64,000 bases of DNA from the human T2T-CHM13v2.0 reference genome, Homo sapiens. The first letter of the stretch is position 1; each line of letters starts with the position of its first letter. This document shows, in pieces, positions 26,930-38,158 of the stretch. Location of the stretch: assembly GCF_009914755.1 (NCBI RefSeq), contig NC_060944.1; one strand, given 5' to 3'. A program made the translations under genes and the position numbers. The notes beneath the pieces are model-generated. The model was not told where the DNA came from. It was given only the letters and a program-made list of their open reading frames with translations, and ran no database searches.

Positions 26930-27303
26930 CCAGGCCCCTGAGTCACTGGAGACCCTGGGAAAATGCAGGTTCTGATGCTGCAGGTGCAGGGAGGCCTGAG
27001 AATCTGCATTTCTAGCAAGCTTCTAGGGCTGCCGACACTGCTCGCTGCTGGGCTGCAGGCCACACTTTGAGAAGCGAGGGTCTACAGCAGGGTCCCCAGC
27101 CAGGGAACCATTGATGTTTGGGCCCAGATCGTTCTCCGTGGAGGGGCCGTCCCGTGTGTGTAGTGTGTTAGCAGCATTCCTCCCGCCTTCCACTAGATAC
27201 TAGTAGTACACCCTCCGCTTCTGACCACCAAACGTGTCCCAGACACCGCCCAACGTCCCCTGAGGTCAGAGACAACAGAACGCTCCCCGGGTGAGAATCC
27301 ATG
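26930..27303. mobile_element. MER5-type fragment followed by MER20 (about 27088-27303)
   Basis: gcctgagaatctgcatttctagcaagc…ccacactttgag (MER5); attgatgtttgggcccagat…gaccaccaaacgtgtcccagacaccgcc (MER20). Confidence 0.7.
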
Positions 27304-27954
27304 ATCTGAATGTTGGACTCCCGCTCTGGGCAGATTTTCCTCTGAGCAGTGGGGCTTTTCATTTCGAGGAAGGGTTGTTTCTGGTCTCCGCTGGGGAGCT
27401 TGAGCCCCAGTGTTCCCAACTCCCACCAAAATCCTTACTTGAGTGTTTTCACGGTGGAGGGCCGTGAACGTAAGCAGGTGAGGCCGGCCCGGGGTGGGGC
27501 TGTGGATAGAGCACGAGGTCCTACCCTTCCAGGTGTTACAGAGTTGTGCTTGGGGCGCAGGTGCAGGTTGCATTTCTACCAGCGGTTGGGACAGCCCTGC
27601 CGCTCGGCCTCTGCATCGTGGTGTCGTCATCCCAGGCTTTCATTTCTGCAAGTCTCAGTGATGGGACGTGTGTTCCTAAGGCTTGGTTTCCTGTTTCTCT
27701 GATTTCTGGTGAGGTTGAGCATTATTTTCAGCGTTTATCAGCTTTTTGGTTTCTTCTTTATGTACTTTGCCTGAAGTTTTCTTTATCTTAATGATTTTTA
27801 GGAGTTTACTTTTGAAGATGTAGCTTCTAATCCTTCCCCATTTTGAGTTACATGATTCTTCTCTCTGGGGCTTGTATTTTCAGTTTTAAAATACTTTTCT
27901 TTGAGGCACAAAAGTTTTGATTTTTAAGGCTGTCAGATTGCTGATCATAAACTT

Positions 27955-28173
27955 GAGGAGCTCACAGCCTTTTTCTGTGAGGACCAAGTTGTCAGTACTT
28001 TGAGGTTTGTGAGCCAGGCTGTCCCCGCCACCCCTACTCAGTTCAGGCGCTGTAGTGATGAAGTAGCTGTAGACAATCTGAGGATGAAGGGGCATGGCTG
28101 TGTGTCAATAAAACTTTATTTACAAAAATAGCCAGCGGTCCATTGGGTCCAGCTGGCACTTTGCTGACCCCTG
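27955..28173. mobile_element. MER58A-like hAT MITE
   Basis: catggctgtgtgtcaataaaactttatttacaaaaa…tttgctgacccctg. Confidence 0.8.
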
Positions 28174-28836
28174 ATGTGCTTTATGGTTCGCACTATTTGT
28201 ACCGTGTTTAAAAATCCTCCCCAGCCTAGAGGTCATCAGAATTTTATTCACTTCTGTTATTTGCAGTTGCCTTTACCTGTACCAGTTAATAATGGTTTTC
28301 TATTTGATAGTCAAACCAAGTTCTTTCAAATTAAAATACTAAGTGAATTGATCTAAACAACAAAAAAAAGGTAAGTAATGGAAGATAGTACATGTGGTTC
28401 AAAAAACAACAAAAATTATGGTGGGGCTTGGAATGAGAGATGCCTGGGGTCCCCACCGCCGACTGTGAAGGTTGAGAGGAAGTTGGCAGAAGGTTGGGCT
28501 GCCGGGGATACCCCAAACGCCCCCCTATGTAAGAAGTACCAAAAACATGGGCCCTGTGGCTTGTTTTTACTCCATTACTTACTGAATCTGGAACTAATTT
28601 TAAACCTTGGACTGGAATGTAGTAGCTCCCTGCTATTTGTCACCATGTTTAAAAACCTGGAATTAGACACAGAGAAAACAGCAGCGGAGTAGCAGCATCC
28701 CAGGAGGTCAGACATGGCTTCCTGGAGGCGCCATTTGTTTTCCCTACAGCAGTGGCTTAATTGGTCTCCCTTTGTCTCTGCTCTGCCTCCTTTCAGAGAT
28801 TCCTCCACCGTCTCTTGCTAAGTAATTCAGCCTCTG

Positions 28837-28850
28837 GTTGCCATGGCAAC
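28837..28850. promoter_or_regulatory. Perfect palindromic RFX X-box GTTGCCATGGCAAC
   Basis: Exact 14-bp palindrome matching the RFX consensus, in unique sequence; a YY1-like GCGCCATTT lies about 110 bp upstream. Binding is inferred. Confidence 0.7.
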
Positions 28851-29269
28851 GTGCCATCTACTGTATCCCAAAGAACATTTGCGATTTCCTTTTTTTAATT
28901 TCCAGAACCTTCATATTTTATCTTCTGAGTGTTCCGGGGCCTTTTCCTGGTGAAGCAGTCACTGCTCCCCACGGCTACCCCAGAACACATCCGTGTGCTT
29001 GGTCTGGGACCCCCGGGAAAGTCAGGGTCCCATTTGAAAGAGTGAAGCTCTATGCTGATTTTCACCCCTCTCTGTGTAGGAGCTAAGCTTACCTTTAAAA
29101 CCTGTGTGGATGCATCAGCAGAGTATGAGAGGCCCGCAGCTCCTGCACGGTAGGTGTGCACTGGAAATTATGCACAGAGGCACGGGCTGTTTTGCCTCCA
29201 TCCTGTCTACAGCCACCATCTAAGGAGAGCAGTGGGAAGCACCTGCTGCCGGCTTTCAGCATAGGTGCC

Positions 29270-29410
29270 GGCGATGTGCTTGACGTCTGCCTTACTTTCT
29301 TTCATTTATCTAGTCTTCACAGTAACCCAGTAAAGCAGGTGGTACTATCATCTCCATTTTACAGATGAGAAAATTAAGCCTTGGTGAGAAGGTAACTGGC
29401 CCAGGGCCAC
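29270..29410. mobile_element. MIR (representative; further MIR fragments at about 1760-1930, 2990-3130, 31100-31250, 34700-34810, 39330-39520, 56800-56970)
   Basis: MIR core ccattttacagatgagaaaa. Confidence 0.7.
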
Positions 29411-29544
29411 GTAGCTTGCAGAAGCTGCCGTGCAGTGAGATAGGCCATTTGTTAGAGCCCTAGCCCTGGGCCTGGGAGAAGCATTCTAGACACGAAAGCA
29501 CTGTGGCTCCTTGTTTATCTTAGGCATGGCTTTGAATTTTCTTA

Positions 29545-29921
<377 letters not shown>

Positions 29922-32900
29922 AGGGGGGTTGGGGGTGGTGGCAGTGCAGACTGTCAACACAGCATGGAGCAGTGGGGGGTTGGACATCCTCAGGGGGAAC
30001 ATACAGAAAGAGACACTGCCCAGCAAGGGCTCTGGAACAGTGCAGCAAGCAGGCTAGAGCCCCAGCCGTCTTTGTCTCAGCTGCGTGAGATAGGCCAGCA
30101 CCAGTGTCTCAGAATCTCTCTCCTTGTTTGTGAAATGGGGATGGTGGCAATACCTGCCTCAGGGCCCTCTGGAAGATTCCACATTGGTCCCTGAAGAAAG
30201 TCATAAAAGCACATTCTCAGCAGGGGGTGCTGGGGCCAGAGCTGCTGCTGTCACAGTCAAGGCTGGATGCACTCCTGGGCGAGCTGTCACCTGCACGGGG
30301 CAGAGGCCAGCAGCAGGCCTTGTGGCAGGATGAAATGAATGCTGCTGCATGAACAGCGGTCACGATGCTAGTGGGCCAGGGAGTGCAGGAGCATTGCTGT
30401 TGATGGGGCTTGAGTGTCATTCCCATTCGTGACTGTTGTGTAATTTTGCCCGAAGAGAGAGGAATAGGGTAGGCACCTCCTAAGTCATGCACAAACTGTC
30501 ATTCCCCTTGGGGCGTTCTTTGCTCCCAGGAACGTGTGTGAGAAGCTGATTAATGCTCAGTAGCATCTTTCAGGAGGGGGCACTTAGCATGTTCATACAG
30601 CAGTTAGCGGATCTCTGAGTGGCTTCTCTGCACGTTTTGTCCTGTGGCCTCCAGAACACGCTGCACCCTCAGGTGTCCTCCCGGGCTGTGGCCTCCCACT
30701 CCTGCTCTGTCTGCAGGAGCAGGACACAGCGTGCAGCGAGTTTAGACGCTCCCTCCTCTAGATGTGCTTTAGGCAAGGCAGGCCTATTTTTGGTCCTGGA
30801 GACAGAACGCACAGAAATGTGGAGACAGACAGTGTCCCCGCAGAGGCTGTGGTTTGGGCTGCAAGGCGGAAACCGTGCCTGGCCAGCCAGGGGACCAGCC
30901 TGTCTCAATGGGGCCTTCGTTCTGCTGTGAGCTTTTACCTGAAACTGCATGGACGGAAATTTTCACTTCCACAGAAATGGTGTTTGGTAAATTTCAGACA
31001 CGTGGAAGCGGGGGAGGAATCAGCTTCCAATGCCAGCCTTCATAATGACACCACTAATAGCATCTGAGAGGGTCTGCCGTGACGCTGGGCAGGTGCAGTG
31101 CTGATTGCCTGTGATGCCGAGCAGGGACCATCATCCCTGCTCTGCAGATGAGGAGACTGGGCAGAGAGGCTAAGCAGTGTCCCTGGGTCTCACAGTTCAT
31201 GAATGGCCAGGCTGTGGGCTCCAGGGCCCTCGCTCCCAGCCACTGAGCCTTGCTGCCTGAGGCCAAGCATCCGGCTCACACCTTGTGGACAGGGCCGGGA
31301 AGCTGATGATACACTATAGCTAAAGGCCAGTTTCCGGTGAATGTTTGTGTTAATGAGGTGGTTATGGTCCACGTTCACTGGGCTGAGTCCTTTGCCCGCT
31401 GATGTCTGCAACCCTGAAGTTCTGTGCTCGGTATGGTGTGGGTGCTGCACACAGGCTCCTTCATGGATCTTACTACCTTCCCCAAGACCCTCACTGAGGA
31501 GCGAACACACCTGACATGGGTCACTCCCGGAGCAGGGCTGAGCTGCCGCAAGCGCTGACGGTTTCTCTTGTCACAGTTATCATTGCCGCCCTGAAAAGGC
31601 TGCAAAGTTTGCCTTCTGCCTCAGGGTTAATCCATGGCTGCTGGGATGGAAGGTAGCATTTGAAATTACCTACAGGGGGAGGCTGCACCTGCAGAACGGG
31701 CCCAGTTGATCCTGTCACATCCAATGTCATTGCCCATCTCTTGGGGTGCTTACCCCCCAATTACAGAGATTTCGAATTCATGTAGCGTGCACGTGCTAGG
31801 CGCTGGGGTGCAGAGATGAAAAGATGCACTCACAGGTGATAAATTATTGTGTCTGGTGAAAGATGTACAGAGATAGATGTGTGGACCAGCTTCAGGAGGG
31901 AGGGTGAGGGTGTCCCAGGCAGACCAGCCAGTGAGAGCTCGAAGGTGGGAAGCAGCACCGCCTTCCCAGGACTACCCTGGGGGCTGAGAAGGTTCAGGGC
32001 TGGGTGAGGGTGGCAGGGCAGAGGGAGAAGACTGGAGGGGCCATGGGTCCAGGTGGTGGAGGCTCCTGTGCTGCCCGCTATGGGTTCCCAATCCACACAG
32101 ACCTCCTCTTGTCATTCTGGGCTCAGCTCAGATGTCACCTTCCTGACCATCTCCCAGTGGCACAGCCTCGCCATTACCCTGTGTCACATCGTCCCCTGCT
32201 GTGTTTTTAGCCACTTCCACAGCTGCTGAAAGTGCCGTTTACTCATCTGTTCTGTTCGCCTCTTCAGGGTGTGCCCACTGGCGTGGCGGGGCCCTGCTCT
32301 GCTCTTCTGTGAGGGCCTTGCCCACCAAGGAGGCGCTGGCTAAGCTGGTGGGAAATGGCAGATGAGGAGGCCTGGCTCTCCCGAGAAGCAGCCAGGGCTC
32401 CCTGGGGGTCAGGAGCGAGGGCATGTCTGGGAAATGCCCCTCTGCTGCAGTGCAGGGCTGGTTTGGGAGAGCAAGGCTAGAGCTGGGTGGGGAGACAAGG
32501 GTTTCTCACATGCTACAGGCCCAGGAGCCAGCACCATCCTGGGGACGCGGGGCTGCAGAGAGGACGGCAGAGCTGGTGAGGATGAACGGCAGGCCTGTGG
32601 CTGAGGGAGGAGGGCCTGCCAGCCTAGGGGTGGGTGGATCTGCAATGGTGGAGAGGGAATCCAGGAAGAAGGCAGGCAGACACAGGGGAAAGGTTATATG
32701 TCCAAAGGGTCCCTATGCCGTCAGGTGCCTGGGGTTTTTGGCAGTGCTTCCATCCACTTGTGCAGGTGAGACTGCCCAAGGAGCACAGGGACTGGAACGG
32801 GAGACTGCCCGGTCCATGCTGGACTTGCTGATCTCAGCTGAGGTCGAGGGTATTCAGAGCCCGTCGTGGTGTTTTATACGGTCCTGTACTTCCTGTTATC

Positions 32901-33560
32901 CTTGGTCCATTTTCTTCTACACTATCTTCCCTCCAGTTTCACACACTTGGACAGAAGGGAGTGGTTGTTTTTCACTGACCGCCAGGAACCACAACAGGCT
33001 TCTGTGTGTTCCAGTGAAATAAGCCCTATCTGTCTCTCGGGAATGGAGCAGTGTTAAGCTTTTTTTAAAAGCACAATCTGAAGACACTGGGGTCTGGAAA
33101 CCCATTTTTTCTTGTTCTGAAGCCTGTGGGGCCTCCGCGGTTGGGCCTTGCTGAATAATTTGGGGTTTTAGGTTGGGTACATCAAGGGTAAAGGGCTTCT
33201 GTTTGGATCAAACAGGAGGTGGGGGGAGGGTGAGATTCCCTCATATTGCTGAGAAGGGAGTTGGGGGCTGAGTTCCCCGACTTCAGAGGTGAGACATCTC
33301 ACAAGCCAGACCTTGGGACTGTCCCTGTGGACCCAGGCTGGACTGGGAAGTTCAGGGAACCCTCGACTCGAAGAGGGTTCTTGTTAATGAACAGTCTTCA
33401 AGGAGCAAAGCCCAGACTGTTCTCCCAGTGTGGTGTACACATGAGGAGGGACCTCATCGGGGGGAATTTGGCTTCCTGATATTCAAAAGCACATTTGTCT
33501 GCTCAGTCTCTGAAATTGCCAGTGGGACAATTTCCAAAGGGATCACCAGAAAGAAGGTAA

Positions 33561-33992
<432 letters not shown>

Positions 33993-34169
33993 TGGGTTTC
34001 CTGTTTTATAGTGAACCCCAAGGTTGCAAAACAGGCGATGAGGCTTGTGATCATTTATCTTTATGGATCATGGGTCTGCGAACTGGATGAGAGTTTTAAG
34101 CATGTCAGGTGTGCAAACATCTCCTATGGTTGTGGGAATTTCTCCTTGCATAGCCACCATTGTCTAGAG

Positions 34170-34636
34170 CAGCAGTCCCCATCCATTTTTGTACCAGGAA
34201 CCAGTTTCATGGAAGACAGTTTTTCCATGGACCAGGGAGGAGGATGGTTTTGGGATGATTCAAGCACATTACCTTTATTGTACAGTTTATCTCTATTATT
34301 ATTACATTGTAATATATAATGAAGTTATTATACAACTCACTGTAATATAGAATCAGTGGGAGCCCTGAGCTTGTTTTCCTGCAACTAGATGGTCCCATCT
34401 GGAGGTGATGGGAAACAGGGATGGATCATCAGGCATTAGATTCTCATAAGAAGTGTGCAACCCAGATCCCTCATATGCGTAGTTCACAATCTGCTGAGAA
34501 TCGAATGCTGCTGCTGATCTGACAGGAGGTGGAGCTAAGGCAGTAATGCTTGCTCGCCACTACTCACCTCCTGCTGTGTGGCCAGGTTCCTAATAGGCTA
34601 GGTTGCCCCAGATGGGTACTGGGGTTGGGACCCCTG
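34170..34636. mobile_element. MER1A hAT-Charlie element
   Basis: TIRs cagcagtcccca…tgggacccctg; 8-bp TSD gtctagag/ttctagag. Confidence 0.9.
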
Positions 34637-34974
34637 TTCTAGAGCAGTCTGCACGCTGGGGACTCTGGGTCCATGACAGTATTTCCTTCCTGTGTGATAG
34701 GCCTCACAGCCTCCACTTTGCATGTGAGGAAATGGAGGCTCAGAATTGTTAGTAGCCAGTGAGTAGCTGAGTGAGGACATGAACCTGAGTCTTTCCAGCT
34801 CAAAGTCCTTTTCCTTAGCCTATTTCACAACTCCCTGGAACTCATCCATGGCCATCCTCTGGTTCAAATTATCCTCCACCTAGGCAGTAGACTTTCCTTT
34901 AAGGAAGGAAGAAACTTCTTCAATGTTTTATCCTCAGTGCCTGGTACACAGTAGGCTCCCAGCTAATTACTGTT

Positions 34975-35215
34975 GAATGGATGGTTGGTTAGATGGATAG
35001 ATGGATGATTGTATGATTGGATAGGTGGGTGGTTGGGTAGTTAGATGGATGGCCATCTGGATGGTGGGATGATTGAACAGGTTAATGGCTGCTGGGGTAA
35101 TTGCATTATAAGATGCATGAGTATAGGTAGATGGAGAGACAGCTGGATGAATAGGTAGATGGGTGGATAAGTGGTGGGATGTTGTGTAGTTAGATGGATG
35201 AGGAGGTGAATGGAG
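34975..35215. repeat. Degenerate (TGGA)n simple repeat
   Basis: gatggatagatggatg… repeated. Confidence 0.85.
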
Positions 35216-37039
35216 ACATTGTTGAACTAAATGGCATCCTATTCACTGTGCTTGATGTACCCTAATATCTGTCCATCCATCCATGCAACTGTCTCAGCAC
35301 GCACAGTGGGTTAGATGGAATTTCCTAAGAGTTTATTTCAATAAAATAAGAGTTTAGTTCAATACAATAAGTGTTTATTGAATGAATATCTCTCTTTGCA
35401 TAGTGGGCTCTTTGGATACATTTAAGCAATGATTCCATTTACTACATTGATTATAACCAACCTATTCAGAAGTGTATTTGTGAATAGTGTGAGCCCTCAG
35501 GACCTCAGTGGCCATTGCCAATTTTGGAGACTGGTTCTGTGCTGTCTCCAGGCCAGGGTCTGCATACGCTTCTGGCGACACCACTGCCGTCTGGCTGCTG
35601 ACCAGCCTGGGCTATTTCTGAGCTGCAGGTCCTTAGGCCCTCAGGTGAGGATACTCCAGAAGCCTCCACTTCACCCTCACTGGAAGGAAGTCTCTGGTGG
35701 AAACAAGCTACTCCTAAAGCTTTCTGAGCACTTGTCAGGAGGAATAGGAGAGAAAGCTTTATCGGAATGAGTAAGACCAATAGTATTAACCCATGACTCG
35801 CCACAGGAGGCGGGTGGGGGATGGTGTCTTCACAGCTCATTCAACAGAGTAGAAGTCACAGACCCAAATGCTCCATAAGTGACCTGGGCCAGGCAGGGCT
35901 GTGGCATCCTGAGGAGTGTGCACTCTTGCTCAAGAGGGCAGCTGTCACTCAGATCCTGTGGGCCATCACCCCTGGCCACATGTCAGGCCATTGTGGCCAG
36001 AATTTCCAAGAGAAACCGAAGATTTGATTTTTTTGGTGAAATAGCCTTCATGTAAATGTTGAGAGCCTCTTCCTATTTTTAAAAGCAATGTGTGCACCCA
36101 GAAAACATATTTGTGGACCAGATTTGGCCCGGGACCACCCACTGGCCACCTCTGATGTGAAGTCACTTATGCACTTGTATTGGGAGAAGTACATGTTTCT
36201 TTACACTGAGGTTAAGGGGATTTTCAACTCTTGAGTTAGCAGGGAAAATAAATGGGTCATCCTGTAAAGTGACTGTCAGCAGCGGAAGCCTCCAGGGCTA
36301 CCACTGTCAGTATCCTAGGGAGCCTCAGCGAACCTGTCTCCTTCCTCGCATATGTGAGGGGGCCCTTGTGTGCGGCCCTCTCAGCTCCACCCTTGCTCTA
36401 AGGAAGCCGCACAGTGCACCGCTGAGAAGTCAGGATGGACAGAATGCCTCGGTTCCCAGCCAGCTCTGCAGTTTTCCAGCATGTGGGCATGGGGAAGTCA
36501 CCTCCTGACATGCGCCTTACTTTCCTCCTCTGTAAAAGGGATGTGACTACAACAGAGCCTGTCTTTTGGGGCCACGGGAAGGATGCAATGAGCCGTCACA
36601 CGTAGAATGCCTGGAATCATGCCTGGCAGAGAGGAAGCTCTCCAGGAAGAAAAGGAAGAAATCTGAGTTCCATGAGGATAGGGAATTTGTCTCTTTCAGT
36701 TTTAACAGCTTTGTTGAGACATAATTCACACACCACATGCTTCACGCACTTTAAGTGTCCAATTCAGGGCTTCCAACATACTCATAGAGTTGTATTTCCA
36801 TCAGCACAATCGATTTTAAGATATTTTCCTCACTCCAAAAAGAAGCCTCTCCCTCTCAGCTGTATCTCCAGTCCCTAGAATGGTACTGAGTCCTGTGGGT
36901 ACTCGGTGATTTTGCAGCTACTGCTGCAGGGACGAAGGGGAAACTGCATGGGAAGGCATCTCCTAAACATGACCAGTTATTGGTGTCACCATTCCCTTTG
37001 CTTCACCAACTTGATCTTCTTCAGATCCTTTTCTTCTGC

Positions 37040-37215
37040 TTCGGCATCTTTTCATTGTCATCATTTTATCTTCATCACTATCATCACCTTCACTGCTTGT
37101 TTATCATCATCTTTGTCATTTTCATCTTTTTCTTCCTCATTATCTTTCCATCATCTTTAGCAACAACTTTGTCAACATTTTTATCCTCATCATCATTTTC
37201 ATCATTTCCATAATC
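37040..37215. repeat. Degenerate (CAT/CTT)n low-complexity tract
   Basis: tcatcat/tcttcat repeats. Confidence 0.8.
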
Positions 37216-37392
37216 ACGAATTTGCCCCATCTTTGCTCCCTAGGAGACACTCGGGGAACTTGGGCTCTCAATCCCCTTGACGTCTGGGGGCTTGGCCTAT
37301 GAAGGGAATGAAGCCCACATCTAAAGCAGGTTCCGGAGCCTCTGCTGAGTCTGATCGTGCCTGGAGTGAAGAGGACTCTTGAGAATGGTGGG

Positions 37393-37829
37393 GGCTGGGC
37401 GCAGTGGCTCATTCCCGCAATCCCAGAACTTTGGGAAGCCGAGGCAGGAGAATCGCTTGAGTCCAGGATCACTTGCTGTGTTGCCCAGGCTGGTCACCAG
37501 ACCTGGGTGCCCACAGGCAGATAAGAGGAAGGTGCCTGAGTCACCAACTGCCCACGGGACTGAGGCACCTCCCTCTTATCTTCCTGCTATTTTCCAGATC
37601 AGCCTGGGCAACACAGCCAGACTCCATCTCTACAAAAAATAGAAATTTAAAAACAGCTAGGCATGGTGGTGCACACCTGTGATCTCAGCTACTTGGGAGG
37701 CTCAGGAGGGAGAGAGGATGGCTTGAGCCTAGGAGTTAGAGGCTGCAGTGAACTATGATGGTGCCATTGCACTCCAGCCCGGGCAACAGATTGAGACCCT
37801 GTCGTTAAAAAAAAAAAAAAAAAGAAAAC
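37393..37829 (+). mobile_element. AluJ element with a roughly 120-bp non-Alu fold-back insertion in the left arm
   Basis: Alu breaks after gagtccagga (about 37468) and resumes at ttccagatcagcctgggcaac (about 37592); TSD-like aatggtggg on both sides. Confidence 0.92.
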
Positions 37830-37908
37830 AAAATGGTGGGAAGGTGAGTCTGAGCCGGGACCCTGCAGATCCCACAGGTCCAGCTCAGGTTGCCACCCCC
37901 GTGTGTGG

Positions 37909-38158
37909 CCTGGTTGGGCCGGTGCTGTCCCAGTACTGGCCACCCGTCAACTGAGGCACCTGGTTGGGCCAGTGCTGTCCCAGTACTGGCCACCCGTCAA
38001 CTGAGGCACCTGATTGGGCCGGTGCTGTCCCGGTACTGGCCACCCGTCAGCTGAGGCACCTGGCTGGGCCGGTGCTGTCCCGGTACTGGCCACCCATCAA
38101 CTGAGGCACCTGGTTGGGCCGGTGCTGTACCGGTACTGGCCACACGTCAGCTGAGGCA
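37909..38158. repeat. 50-bp minisatellite, about 5 copies (TGGTTGGGCCGGTGCTGTCCCAGTACTGGCCACCCGTCAACTGAGGCACC)
   Basis: Units at 37911, 37961, 38011, 38061 and 38111 read directly. Confidence 0.96.
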
